From contig OY776510.1 of NCBI GenBank assembly GCA_963675665.1, positions 1,312,001 to 1,376,000 on the forward strand: a stretch of 64,000 bases of DNA. The letters are read 5' to 3'. Below the pieces are notes generated by a model, which did not search any database, was not told where the DNA came from, and saw only the letters and a program-made list of their open reading frames with translations. Positions 10,106 through 19,713 of this stretch are shown here, piece by piece (position 1 is the stretch's first letter; every line of letters starts with the position of its first letter). Made by a program: the position numbers and the translations under genes. The DNA is from Spirochaetia bacterium. GTDB taxonomy: Bacteria; Spirochaetota; Spirochaetia; UBA9216.

Positions 10106-11167
10106 TTATTCATATACGGCGTCCGTATTTTCGGTGCCGAAAGTTGAACTGCTTGTCGGTACAATATGCCAGTCGGCGGAGGTGTTGCTGTCTGCAGGAA
10201 CCGAAGATCGGCAAATCGAACGTGTCGCCGTGGAATCATCGGGGTTTATGCCGTCTTCAGGACGAAGGGCTCCGTCGTCCCCTGTCCCTGTCCAACCGCC
10301 TTCTTCTTTAAGCTGAACAGTTTTATCAAGCATACGGACGCTGCCGAAACCAAGGTAGTTTTCGTCCGAGGAAGATGTCCGGTTGGAATACATAACGGCA
10401 TCAATCAGCCTTCCGCCGGGTGCTTCGTAAACAGCGATTACCCCGTTGTTTCCGGACAGCCCGTCGCCACCGGGTACCCAGAAATCGCGTGCGTCCGGCG
10501 ACGAATCATACCCTTCCGAAGCAGACAAATCGTCGCCGTCCTCATCCGTTTCTTCCGGAATCCCCTGCGGTTTAAAATGAATAAGAATATAGTCTCCGGA
10601 ATAGACGTCGCAGGGCGGCAGGCAGATGCTTTCTTCAGGATAACCGGTGGTTCCTTCAACTATCCAGAGGCCGGCGGTATTTCCGCCTCCTGTGATCAAT
10701 ATTTCAACAATATCGGGGTGTGTTGTTGAACCCTGTGTAGTGAATTCGTTCAGCAGCAATTCGGGCAGATTAGGATTGAAACCGTAAAATGGCATCAGAA
10801 AGCTCATGCTGTTGCCTGTTTCATCGCTTACTTCAGCATTAATGACATATCGGGTGCCGGCCTGCTGGGGAACGGTACAGTTCAGTATAAGACTGTTTCC
10901 CTCCGGGGTGCAGGTGAGATTTCCCAGCTCCGGGGCAAGGACCGGAATTTCCTCCGGCACAACGCTCTCGTTGAAATCCAGTTTGATTGTGTTTTCATCG
11001 ATCGGCAGAATATTTGTGATTACCGGAGGAAAGAGATCCGTGTCGGCAAAACCGCGCGGATCGGTCACGGGCCCGCAGGAGCCACATGCAACGGAAAGCA
11101 TGCCGGCAGCTGAAGCGGCAACAAGCGCCATCGGTCCAAGAATTTTATGAATTGTAATAACCTTCAT
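10106..11167 (-). CDS. Putative lipoprotein with Ig-like and lamin-tail-like domains
   Basis: Hydrophobic N-terminus with Cys; LLLNEF...DIVEI lamin-tail-like pattern; C-terminal STFGTEN. Confidence 0.55.
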   Translation of the reverse strand: MKVITIHKILGPMALVAASAAGMLSVACGSCGPVTDPRGFADTDLFPPVITNILPIDENTIKLDFNESVVPEEIPVLAPELGNLTCTPEGNSLILNCTVPQQAGTRYVINAEVSDETGNSMSFLMPFYGFNPNLPELLLNEFTTQGSTTHPDIVEILITGGGNTAGLWIVEGTTGYPEESICLPPCDVYSGDYILIHFKPQGIPEETDEDGDDLSASEGYDSSPDARDFWVPGGDGLSGNNGVIAVYEAPGGRLIDAVMYSNRTSSSDENYLGFGSVRMLDKTVQLKEEGGWTGTGDDGALRPEDGINPDDSTATRSICRSSVPADSNTSADWHIVPTSSSTFGTENTDAVYE

Positions 11168-11269
11168 GTTATCTGTATAACACGGCTTTTTTCCGTTGCT
11201 TTAGGTTTGCAATATGCTCTATTTGGGTTATATTATTATCTATATCCTGGAATTTAATGAGGCATTTGT

Positions 11270-13093
11270 ATGTGTGGAATAGTCGGGTACTGCGGTGAAA
11301 GAGATGCAGCCGGAATCCTTGTAGAAGGTTTGAAGAGAATGGAATACCGGGGATACGATTCGTCCGGGATCAGCGTCGGTTTTGAGAACAAGCTTACTGT
11401 AATCAAGAAAAAGGGAAAGATAAGTAATCTTCAGGCGGCGGTGCCGGAAAAAATGCCGGGCAAATACGGTATCGGCCATACCCGGTGGGCAACCCACGGC
11501 GAGGTTAACGATATAAATGCTCATCCGCACATCGATTCAACGGGAAAACTTACCATTGTCCATAACGGGATAATTGAAAATTATATATCGCTTCGAAAGA
11601 AACTGGCCGATGAAGGCGTTGAATTCAAGACCGATACGGATTCAGAGGTAATTGCACACCTGGTCAGCAAATTTTACGACGGTGATCTCGAAAAAGCTGT
11701 AAAAGAGGCGCTTAAACACCTGAAAGGTACATACGGGATAGTAGCAATACACGCTGATGAGCCATGCCGCCTGGTAGGGGCGCGTAACGGTTCTCCCCTG
11801 GTACTGGGGATAGGCGAAGGCGAAATGTTTCTGGCTTCCGATGTGACTGCAATGATGGCCTATACAAAACAGGTGGTCTACATGGAAGACGGCGATGTCG
11901 TCGTTGTTGATAAAACCGGTTTTAAAACCACCGACATCCGTGATAATGAACGTGATAAAAAGATAAGCACCGTCGGCTGGGATATTGATGAAATCGAAAA
12001 AGACGGGTTTCCCACCTTCATGGAGAAGGAAATCTTTGAACAGCCCCAGTCGATACTGAGGGGAATGAAAGGAAGACTCGATATCGATCAGGGAACAGCC
12101 AAGCTCGGCGGGCTGAACATGAGCAGCCGCGAACTTAGAATGGTGAACAGGGTCATTATTCTGGCTGCAGGAACCTCCTCATATGCCGCCATGGTTTGTG
12201 CCTACCTTCTTGAAAAGGTTGCCCGCATTCCGGCGAGCGCCGAATTGAGTTCCGAAATAAGGTATAAAAATCCTGTTGTAGACCCCCGAACACTGTATTT
12301 TGTAGTTTCCCAGTCCGGAGAAACCGCTGATACCCTGTACGCAATGCGGGAATTGCAAAGGAAAGGCGCAACAGTTCTCGGAATATGCAATGTTGTAGGT
12401 TCAACCATACCGAGAGAGTCCGACGGGGGAGTATATATTCATTCGGGGCCGGAAATAGCTGTAGCTTCGACAAAAGCATTTACCTCCCAGCTGACAGCCA
12501 TGTACCTGTTCTCGCTGATTATGGCCAGAATGCGCGACATGTCAATGTCGGACGGAAAGGCAATAATCGAAGCAATGATCAAGTTACCGGACCAGATTAC
12601 TCAGGGGCTTGAACAGAATATGCACATCAAGACGGTTGCCGAAAAATACGCGGACTGCCATTCATTCTTTTTTCTAGGCCGGGGATTAAGCTACCCGATT
12701 GCGCTGGAAGGCGCGCTGAAACTGAAAGAAATTTCCTATATTCATGCCGAAGGTTATACCGCCGGAGAGCTGAAGCACGGACCGATTGCGTTAATTAACG
12801 AAGTGACGCCGTCGGTTTTCCTTGTCCCGGATGACAATCTGCGTGAAAAAATAATTTCAAATATGAAGGAAGTCAAAGCCCGCAAAGGCCCGATTATCGC
12901 TGTTGCTGTTGAAGGCGACACTGACGTGGCTGATATTGCAGATGATGTTATCCTTGTTCCGAAGGCGCACGAGCTGATGTACCCGTTTCTTATGGTTGTA
13001 CCGCTTCAGCTGTTTGCCTATCATACTGCTGTCAAACTGGGTCGGAATGTTGATCAGCCGCGCAACCTGGCAAAATCGGTAACTGTCGAATGA
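11270..13093 (+). CDS. glmS: Glutamine--fructose-6-phosphate aminotransferase
   Basis: MCGIVG N-terminus, EYRGYDS, GHTRWATHG, SQSGETADT and C-terminal PRNLAKSVTVE. Confidence 0.98.
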   Translation: MCGIVGYCGERDAAGILVEGLKRMEYRGYDSSGISVGFENKLTVIKKKGKISNLQAAVPEKMPGKYGIGHTRWATHGEVNDINAHPHIDSTGKLTIVHNGIIENYISLRKKLADEGVEFKTDTDSEVIAHLVSKFYDGDLEKAVKEALKHLKGTYGIVAIHADEPCRLVGARNGSPLVLGIGEGEMFLASDVTAMMAYTKQVVYMEDGDVVVVDKTGFKTTDIRDNERDKKISTVGWDIDEIEKDGFPTFMEKEIFEQPQSILRGMKGRLDIDQGTAKLGGLNMSSRELRMVNRVIILAAGTSSYAAMVCAYLLEKVARIPASAELSSEIRYKNPVVDPRTLYFVVSQSGETADTLYAMRELQRKGATVLGICNVVGSTIPRESDGGVYIHSGPEIAVASTKAFTSQLTAMYLFSLIMARMRDMSMSDGKAIIEAMIKLPDQITQGLEQNMHIKTVAEKYADCHSFFFLGRGLSYPIALEGALKLKEISYIHAEGYTAGELKHGPIALINEVTPSVFLVPDDNLREKIISNMKEVKARKGPIIAVAVEGDTDVADIADDVILVPKAHELMYPFLMVVPLQLFAYHTAVKLGRNVDQPRNLAKSVTVE

Positions 13094-13099
13094 GAGCGG

Positions 13100-13159
13100 G
13101 TAATACCGAAGTAAACCTCGGTATTACCGAACGAATGAAGGCCGCCGTATAATCGGCGG
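13100..13159 (+). terminator. Two hairpins downstream of glmS
   Basis: GGTAATACCGA/TCGGTATTACC and CCGCCG/CGGCGG inverted repeats, followed by T-rich sequence further downstream. Confidence 0.45.
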
Positions 13160-13445
13160 TAGAATACGCGTCGATTTTTTATTTTTTTCCGTCCTGAAAA
13201 TCTTTTTCTCATTAATTTTATGAAAAATTTGAATATTCTCATTGTTTATGGATAATTCCTTATTGATTTACTCATGTATTAATACTATACTATATTTGTA
13301 AGCTAATATAGGAGGAATAATATAATAACATCCGTCTTATTATATTATTTTGGAGTATTGAAAGCTAAACCGGAATATCGTTTAGTTTTCCATACTTCCC
13401 CCCTGAAATCCGCATCCTTGCGGGAATATTTATAGGAGTATTTGT

Positions 13446-14234
13446 ATGAAGAGAATAATAGCCTTGGTAATTGTTGCGGCAGCGATTTCTGTATCGGTTT
13501 TTGCCGCATCTTTTCAGAATGGGGTGTATTTTGCACAGGAAGATCAGTTTTCCGGTTCCGGCTGGAAGTATAATGTTACTATTGTAGTCAAAAACGGAAA
13601 AATCACCGATGTAAGCTGGAACGGTTCAAATGTTGATGCCGGAATGGATAAAGATTCCTTTTCCCGGAAAGGACTTTACAAGATGGTCGAATATGGAAAT
13701 GCAATTGCACCATGGTGGAAACAGGCAGAAGCTGTAGAGAAGAAACTCATTTCAACACAGGATGTTAATTCGATCAGGATAAGCGACGCCGAAGGACATA
13801 CCGACGCCGTATCAGGCGCCACTATTCATGTATCTCCGTTTGTAGATCTTGTTAAGAAAGCGCTTGCTGCCGGGCCGGTAGGATACGGTCCGTATAAGGA
13901 CGGAACCTACCGTGCGGAAGAAGAAGCATTCGATCACGGTTATAAATATGCGGTAAATGTTACTGTCACATCCGGATATATTGTTGCAGTTGACTGGGAC
14001 GGAATTGCCGAAGATGGAACCGACAGTAAAGCAAAGAAGTCTATGGACGGAGTCTACGGTATGTTCACCAACGGTAATGCCATAGCCCCATGGTGGGAAC
14101 AGGCCAGAGCGGTAGAGAGTGAAGTTTTAAGAACACAGAAAACCGGGCAGCCCGATGCTGTATCCGGAGCTACAATAGGTCTCGATCCTTTCTATAATCT
14201 GCTGAACAAGGCAATGGCCCGCGCCAAACGCTGA
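13446..14234 (+). CDS. Secreted protein with two FMN-binding domains (PplA-like extracytosolic flavoprotein)
   Basis: Signal peptide; two internally homologous domains, each ending in the ApbE flavinylation motif DAVSGAT (13803-13823 and 14154-14174). Confidence 0.88.
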   Translation: MKRIIALVIVAAAISVSVFAASFQNGVYFAQEDQFSGSGWKYNVTIVVKNGKITDVSWNGSNVDAGMDKDSFSRKGLYKMVEYGNAIAPWWKQAEAVEKKLISTQDVNSIRISDAEGHTDAVSGATIHVSPFVDLVKKALAAGPVGYGPYKDGTYRAEEEAFDHGYKYAVNVTVTSGYIVAVDWDGIAEDGTDSKAKKSMDGVYGMFTNGNAIAPWWEQARAVESEVLRTQKTGQPDAVSGATIGLDPFYNLLNKAMARAKR

Positions 14235-14258
14235 TAAAGCCGGACGGATAAAAATCAG

Positions 14259-14299
14259 GAGGCATTCTTATTGAAAAATTTGAGAATGCCTCTTTTTTT
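14259..14299 (+). terminator. Intrinsic terminator or attenuating hairpin between the FMN-protein gene and ndh2
   Basis: GAGGCATTCTT/GAGAATGCCTC stem followed by T7. Confidence 0.7.
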
Positions 14300-14323
14300 A
14301 GCTATAATTTAGCAGGAGTATAT

Positions 14324-16645
14324 ATGAAACGAATAGTAATATTGGGAGGCGGGTATGCCGGGGTTCATGCCGGGAAGATACTTCATAAAGCTTTCAAAAA
14401 GAATGATAATGTATCGGTTACCCTGATAGACAAAAACTCTTACCATACTCTGATGACTGAACTTCATGAAGTGGCAGGAAACCGTGTAAGTGAGGATTCG
14501 GTAAGAATAAGCTATGATCGTATATTTTCAAAACGTTCGGTGAATGTTGTTCAGGACAAAATCACGGGGCTTGATCCTGTAAAACAGGAAATTTACTCCG
14601 ATTCTGAAACCTTCCAATATGATTATCTGGTGTTAGGGGTGGGCGCCGAATCAACAGATTTTCATATCCCCGGCGTAAAAGAGCATTCATTACCGTTGTG
14701 GAGTTTTGAAGATGCAGTCCGGATAAAAAACCATATACAGAATAAATTCCGTGAAGCCTCAAGAGAGAAGAACGAACAGACGCGACGAAAACTGCTGACA
14801 TTCGTTGTCGCCGGCGCCGGATTCACCGGGATTGAGATGCTGGGCGAGCTTATTGAATGGTTGCCGATCCTCTGTGAAGAATACGGAATTGAACGCGATG
14901 AATGCAGTCTGATAAATGTTGAAGGACTTTCAAGTATTCTGACCATGCTGCCTGAAAAACCGCGCGCAAAAGCTCAGCGCTATATGGAAAAGAAAGGCGT
15001 AAAGTTTATGCTCAAATCGCTGATTACCGAGGCTTCGGAAGGGTCTTTTACCCTTAAAAACGGTAAGGTTATTGAATGCGGAACACTTATCTGGTCCTGC
15101 GGTGTTTGCGGAAGCAAGCAGGGCGGCGACTGGGGCCTGACGGTTGGTCATGTCGAACGGCTGAGAGTCGATAGAGAAATGCGGACTCCCGATTATGATA
15201 ATATTTTTGTTGTAGGAGATCTGCACTGGGCTGTTGAAGATGACAGGCCCGTTCCGCAGATTGTTGAAGCGGCAGAGCAGACGGCGGCAGTGGCAGCCCG
15301 AAACATTATCAATGATATTACAGGAAATGCGGAAAAAGCGGAATTCAAATCGAATTTCCATGGTTTTATGGTCTCCATCGGCGGGCGATATGCTGTCTCT
15401 CACACTGCCGGAATAAGTTTGAGCGGGATTCCTGCAATGGCTATAAAGCATCTGGTTAACTGTTATTACCTTCATACAGTATGCGGGTTCAACGGATGGT
15501 TTAAATACCTTAAACATGAGATCTTTCAGATAAGAAACAAACGGTCGCTGCTGGGCGGTCTCATAGCGGGCAGAGTACAGGGTCTTTGGGCTGTTCCCCT
15601 TCGCATGTGGCTCGGGCTTATGTGGTTTTTTGAAGGGCTGAACAAGGTTGGCGAAGGCTGGCTGAACAGGGCAAAGGGCTCAAGTTCGTCATGGATGTTT
15701 TCTCCGGGGATTCTTCAGCGCGGACTGCCGGGATACGGCGAAATGACTGATGCGGTAACCGCGGCAAGCGGCGACATGGCGGCAGCGGCGGAACCGGTGG
15801 TTGAAGCGGTAGCGGATGCGGTAACCGCGGCAAGCGGCGACATGGCGGCAGCGGCGGAACCGGTGGTTGAAGCGGTAGCGGATGCGGTAACGGCCGCAAG
15901 CGGCGACATGGCGGCAGCGGCGGAACCGGTGGTTGAAGCGGTAGCGGATGCGGTAACGGCCGCAAGCGGCGACATGGCGGCAGCGGCGGAACCGGTGGTT
16001 GAAGCGGTAGCGGATGCGGTAACGGCCGCAAGCGGCGACATGGCGGCAGCGGCGGAACCGGTGGTTGAAGCGGTAGCGGATGCGGTAACGGCCGCAAGCG
16101 GCGACATGGCGGCAGCGGCGGAACCGGTGGTTGAAGCGGTAGCGGATGCGGTAACGGCCGCAAGCGGCGACATGGCGGCAGCGGCGGAACCGGTGGTTGA
16201 AGCAGTAGCGGATGCGGTTCGCAACTGGGCGCCGTTCTGGGATCTCGATAAATCTGTTATTCCCTGGGATAGCGGATTTGTGACCTGGTTCAGGGAAGTC
16301 TTTATGGACGGTATTGCCTCGCATATTGATTTTCTCTGGTTTCAGGGTATGGTCGTTGCGGTTGAAACTTTAATAGGTCTTGCACTGATTGGGGGATTAC
16401 TGACGTTTCCCGCGGCAGGTGTTTCGATTATTATGTGTTTCGTTTTCATTTTTTCCGGGCTTTTCAGCTGGTCGCAGGTTTGGTTTATCTTTGCAGCCGT
16501 TCTTGTTCTGGGCGGAACAGGCCGGACTCTCGGTCTGGATTACTGGGTCCAGCCGTGGTTGAAAAAATGGTGGAACTCCAGTTCGCTGGCGAAGAGAACA
16601 TATCTTTATACCGGAGAACCCCGAAACAGAAAAAAGGGTAAGTGA
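14324..16645 (+). CDS. Type II NADH:quinone oxidoreductase fused to a DoxX-like membrane domain (Listeria Ndh2-like)
   Basis: GGGYAG FAD motif, GAGFTGIE NADH motif and VVGD. C-terminal LRMWLG..W..EG..K and E..IGLALIGGL.T..A..GR.LGLD DoxX pattern, interrupted by tandem repeats. Confidence 0.88.
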   Translation: MKRIVILGGGYAGVHAGKILHKAFKKNDNVSVTLIDKNSYHTLMTELHEVAGNRVSEDSVRISYDRIFSKRSVNVVQDKITGLDPVKQEIYSDSETFQYDYLVLGVGAESTDFHIPGVKEHSLPLWSFEDAVRIKNHIQNKFREASREKNEQTRRKLLTFVVAGAGFTGIEMLGELIEWLPILCEEYGIERDECSLINVEGLSSILTMLPEKPRAKAQRYMEKKGVKFMLKSLITEASEGSFTLKNGKVIECGTLIWSCGVCGSKQGGDWGLTVGHVERLRVDREMRTPDYDNIFVVGDLHWAVEDDRPVPQIVEAAEQTAAVAARNIINDITGNAEKAEFKSNFHGFMVSIGGRYAVSHTAGISLSGIPAMAIKHLVNCYYLHTVCGFNGWFKYLKHEIFQIRNKRSLLGGLIAGRVQGLWAVPLRMWLGLMWFFEGLNKVGEGWLNRAKGSSSSWMFSPGILQRGLPGYGEMTDAVTAASGDMAAAAEPVVEAVADAVTAASGDMAAAAEPVVEAVADAVTAASGDMAAAAEPVVEAVADAVTAASGDMAAAAEPVVEAVADAVTAASGDMAAAAEPVVEAVADAVTAASGDMAAAAEPVVEAVADAVTAASGDMAAAAEPVVEAVADAVRNWAPFWDLDKSVIPWDSGFVTWFREVFMDGIASHIDFLWFQGMVVAVETLIGLALIGGLLTFPAAGVSIIMCFVFIFSGLFSWSQVWFIFAAVLVLGGTGRTLGLDYWVQPWLKKWWNSSSLAKRTYLYTGEPRNRKKGK
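15749..16219 (+). repeat. Coding tandem repeat: 7 full 66-bp units plus a partial unit, encoding DAVTAASGDMAAAAEPVVEAVA
   Basis: Units start at 15749, 15815, 15881, 15947, 16013, 16079 and 16145, with a partial unit at 16211. Differences are synonymous only (ACC GCG in units 1-2, ACG GCC in units 3-7; GCA in unit 7). Confidence 0.97.
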
Positions 16646-17631
16646 TTTTGAAACAGCATCGATTCTGGTCTGAATTTCCTGAAATGGAGAACAGACTGAA
16701 AAAAATCTCGGAATATTTTATCCGGATCCTGGATGATACACCGGCCCTGATTCGCGAGGATCTGAAGATTATGTTCGAAACTCCCGGAAAAATGCTGCGC
16801 CCGGCTTTTGTCCTGATGTCTGCATCTTCAGGCAGCAGGGTTTCGGACAACCTGTACCCGGTTGCCGCGGCGATTGAGCTGCTTCATTCTGCAACCCTTG
16901 TGCACGATGATATAATTGATTATTCCCCTGAGAGGAGGGGGCGTCCGTCGCTTCATTCCAGAATGGGAATAAAACGGGCGGTTCTTGCCGGTGACTATCT
17001 GCTTGCAAAAGCTATGGAGCTTGCTTCAGGTGCTCATAAGGACGGGCTTGTTGAAGCTGTAAATACCGCTGTATCCAGGCTCTGCTTAAGCGAGATAGAT
17101 CAGGACAGCGGACAGGGTCAATATTTTATCGATCGGGATACCTATTATCGCCGTATTAATGGAAAGACTGCCGAGCTTTTTGCATTGTCCTGTAAAGCAG
17201 GGGCTGTTCTCGGAGGATCTGACAATACCGTTTGTGATACTTTTTATAATATCGGAAAGAATTTCGGGACAGCTTTTCAGATTTATGACGATGTTCTTGA
17301 CTACACCGGTTCGGCAGATAAAACCGGCAAACCGCCCGGAAACGATCTGAAAGACGGTATTCCGACGCTGCCGCTTATTCTTGCACTCGAAAACGGCGAC
17401 AGGGCGCTTGAAAGACTTTGCCGATCACGCTTCAGGCTGAAAAGAGCTGAAGCAATACGCAGAAAAGTAATTTCCGGAGGTTTTACCCGAAAAGCGGCTG
17501 ATATCGGCGACAGTTTTTTTACAGAATGTATAGAAGATATTGAAACCCGGGATTTTTCAGACAGAGAGCTTTTTGTTTCAGTTATAAAAAAGCTTAAAAA
17601 CTCGTATGAATCCGTTCAGAACTTTTCTTAG
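16642..17631 (+). CDS. Polyprenyl diphosphate synthase (HepT/DmkB-like)
   Basis: GKMLRP, LVHDDIID..RRG, GKTA.LF, FQIYDDVLD and GNDL.DG.PTLP motifs. Confidence 0.92.
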   Translation: MILKQHRFWSEFPEMENRLKKISEYFIRILDDTPALIREDLKIMFETPGKMLRPAFVLMSASSGSRVSDNLYPVAAAIELLHSATLVHDDIIDYSPERRGRPSLHSRMGIKRAVLAGDYLLAKAMELASGAHKDGLVEAVNTAVSRLCLSEIDQDSGQGQYFIDRDTYYRRINGKTAELFALSCKAGAVLGGSDNTVCDTFYNIGKNFGTAFQIYDDVLDYTGSADKTGKPPGNDLKDGIPTLPLILALENGDRALERLCRSRFRLKRAEAIRRKVISGGFTRKAADIGDSFFTECIEDIETRDFSDRELFVSVIKKLKNSYESVQNFS

Positions 17632-18523
17632 TATAGTTGAAATACGCACAAAGGTTGTCAGTACGGCAACCTTTTCAGCTGCCGCTCTTGGTTCAGCAGC
17701 TTATCTGTCTGAAAACGGAGCCGGCTTTCCATGGGTAAACTGGTTTCTTATGCTTGCGGCAACTTTGTCGCTTGATATGGGAACCACCGGGTTTAATACA
17801 TATTTTGATTTTGTTAAAGGGATTGATCGAAAGGAAACAAACCGCGAAGAGGATAAAGTTCTTGTGCATGACGGGGTTTCACCGGCGCAGGCTTTTTTTA
17901 CGTCTCTGGCGCTTTTCAGCATTGCGGCAGTTCTTGGTTTTATAATCACAGTCAGGACCAGCTGGATGGTTGCCGCCGCAGGATTTATATGTATGCTGGT
18001 GGGGTTTTTCTACAGCGCCGGTCCCCGTCCGATATCTCATACACCTTTCGGAGAATTCTTTGCCGGAAGCTTTCTCGGAGGCGTTTTATTTATAATTACC
18101 TGGTTTGTTCTGACCGGGGAGTTTTCGATCAGGCAGGTTATGTTTTCAATTCCTCTTTCTTTAATGATTTCCGGAATCCTTACAGTAAACAACAACTGCG
18201 ATCTTCAAAACGACTGGACGGCCGGCAGAAAAACAATCTCTGTTCTGTTTGGCTTGAACGCCGGACGGGTCCTTCTGTATCTGGAATATATAACAGCAAT
18301 TGTTTTTTTGGTGTTCATGCAGTTCGGAATAAAAGCATATCCGCAGGGATTTCCCGTTTTATCTGTATGCATTATTGTATTAATGGCTTTTGTAATCTTC
18401 AGAATGGAAAAAAGGGGCTATAGCCCGGTTACAAAGAGGTTTTCCATGGAAAATGTACTGAGACTATTTCTTTTGGGAGCGCTTCTTGTCTGTTATCCCT
18501 GGATAATCGAAATCTTTTGTTGA
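17606..18523 (+). CDS. UbiA-family prenyltransferase, MenA/DmkA-like (DHNA polyprenyltransferase)
   Basis: VEIRTK, NTYFDF.KGID, YS.GP.PIS.TP.GE and NNNCD...D..AGRKT motifs; multiple transmembrane segments. Confidence 0.88.
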   Translation: MNPFRTFLSIVEIRTKVVSTATFSAAALGSAAYLSENGAGFPWVNWFLMLAATLSLDMGTTGFNTYFDFVKGIDRKETNREEDKVLVHDGVSPAQAFFTSLALFSIAAVLGFIITVRTSWMVAAAGFICMLVGFFYSAGPRPISHTPFGEFFAGSFLGGVLFIITWFVLTGEFSIRQVMFSIPLSLMISGILTVNNNCDLQNDWTAGRKTISVLFGLNAGRVLLYLEYITAIVFLVFMQFGIKAYPQGFPVLSVCIIVLMAFVIFRMEKRGYSPVTKRFSMENVLRLFLLGALLVCYPWIIEIFC

Positions 18524-18561
18524 CGGTTGATCGAAAAAACTTAAAGTGATAAACAGAAGGT

Positions 18562-19173
18562 ATGACGCTTTACACGGCGATTATCACTCTTATTCTGATA
18601 ATGGATCCCTTCGGCAACATTCCGCTGTTTCTTGCAGCGCTGAACGGATTTGAACCGAATCGCAGAAAGAAAATAATTCTGCGTGAAAGCGGTTTTGCCT
18701 TTCTTGTTCTGCTTTTCTTTTTATATTTCGGTCGTTTTATTCTTCAGGGGCTTCATATTTCTCAGCCGGCTTTAAGTATTTCGGGAGGAATAATTCTCTT
18801 CATAATAGCAATAAGAATGATATTTCCTGAAAAACCCGGTGTAATTACAAGCGGCGGTGATTCCCGCAGGGATACTGAAAAATTACAGGAAGAACCGCTC
18901 TTTGTTCCTTTGGCAGTTCCCCTGCAGGCTGGTCCTTCGGCTATGGCATTTATTATACTTTCCTCAAGCCGATACCCTAATCAACACCTTAAACTTACGC
19001 TTGCTTTGTTCATTGCAAGTGTAGTCTGTACTACAGTTTTAATGCTTTCGGATTTTCTGCGGAAAATCCTGGGTAACCAGGCGCTTCGTGCTGTTGAACG
19101 CCTGATGGGCATGATTCTGACAACCATGGCCATTCAGATGCTGCTGAGCGGTATCAGTGATTATATTTCATAA
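18562..19173 (+). CDS. MarC family membrane protein
   Basis: IMDPFGNIP, VPLAVPL.AGP and ERLMGMIL motifs. Confidence 0.92.
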   Translation: MTLYTAIITLILIMDPFGNIPLFLAALNGFEPNRRKKIILRESGFAFLVLLFFLYFGRFILQGLHISQPALSISGGIILFIIAIRMIFPEKPGVITSGGDSRRDTEKLQEEPLFVPLAVPLQAGPSAMAFIILSSSRYPNQHLKLTLALFIASVVCTTVLMLSDFLRKILGNQALRAVERLMGMILTTMAIQMLLSGISDYIS

Positions 19174-19239
19174 GGTTCTTTTTTATTTATTATGGAAACG
19201 GTGCCTCCCTCTGTGCTAAAATAAGATACAGGTAGTCGT

Positions 19240-19713
19240 TTGAAAAAAGCAGCTGTAACCATTTTTATACTTTATTTACTCTTTTCTGTAATCTGTGTTT
19301 CGGCGGAGGATGCCGGGCCTGCAGTTCTGGCGCGGGGGCCGGTTTCGCACGACGGTATTGAGTATCTGGGCGTGAATACAGTGCTTTCCCGGTACGGAGA
19401 ATATCGTTACGGCGATGATTTGATTAAAATTTATTATACCGATGAAAATATTTTTTTGTCGGATGAGTGGGTTGAAAACGGTTGTGCCGACGGAATCCGA
19501 AAGCTTGAGCAGCCTGTTGATGATAAGGCTGTTGTAATGGTTTATTCCGACAGAAAAGGCTGGCACGCCTTTTTATCTTTTCCCCGTAACGCGGAATATA
19601 TTTGCGGTTTTATTAAAAGTTATATAAGCAGGCAAAATTATTTTCTGAATATTGCAAGGGATAAATCTGCTTTTTCATTCCCTGCATTGCTGGAGGTCGC
19701 GAATGATGGATAG
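19240..19713 (+). CDS. Hypothetical exported protein
   Basis: TTG start; signal-peptide-like N-terminus. Confidence 0.55.
   Translation: MKKAAVTIFILYLLFSVICVSAEDAGPAVLARGPVSHDGIEYLGVNTVLSRYGEYRYGDDLIKIYYTDENIFLSDEWVENGCADGIRKLEQPVDDKAVVMVYSDRKGWHAFLSFPRNAEYICGFIKSYISRQNYFLNIARDKSAFSFPALLEVANDG

Noticed and set aside
11168-11269. glmS ribozyme
   Set aside because: Only about 100 bp of AT-rich divergent promoter region, with no recognisable ribozyme core.
13308-13318. ATAGGAGGAAT identical to the IS110 donor junction
   Set aside because: An 11-bp SD-like match with no other IS sequence around it; likely chance.
13160-13445. FMN riboswitch upstream of the FMN-binding protein
   Set aside because: AT-rich and lacks the conserved RFN blocks (AGGGC.GGGTGAAATTCCC.ACCGGCGGT).
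15749-16219. Possible CRISPR array
   Set aside because: Units are contiguous with no unique spacers, are in-frame within ndh2, and no cas genes are nearby.
15618-16324. Long antisense ORFs over the ndh2 repeat, and other antisense ORFs in the track
   Set aside because: Stop-free shadows of GC-rich repeats or real genes; no RBS or protein-family motifs.
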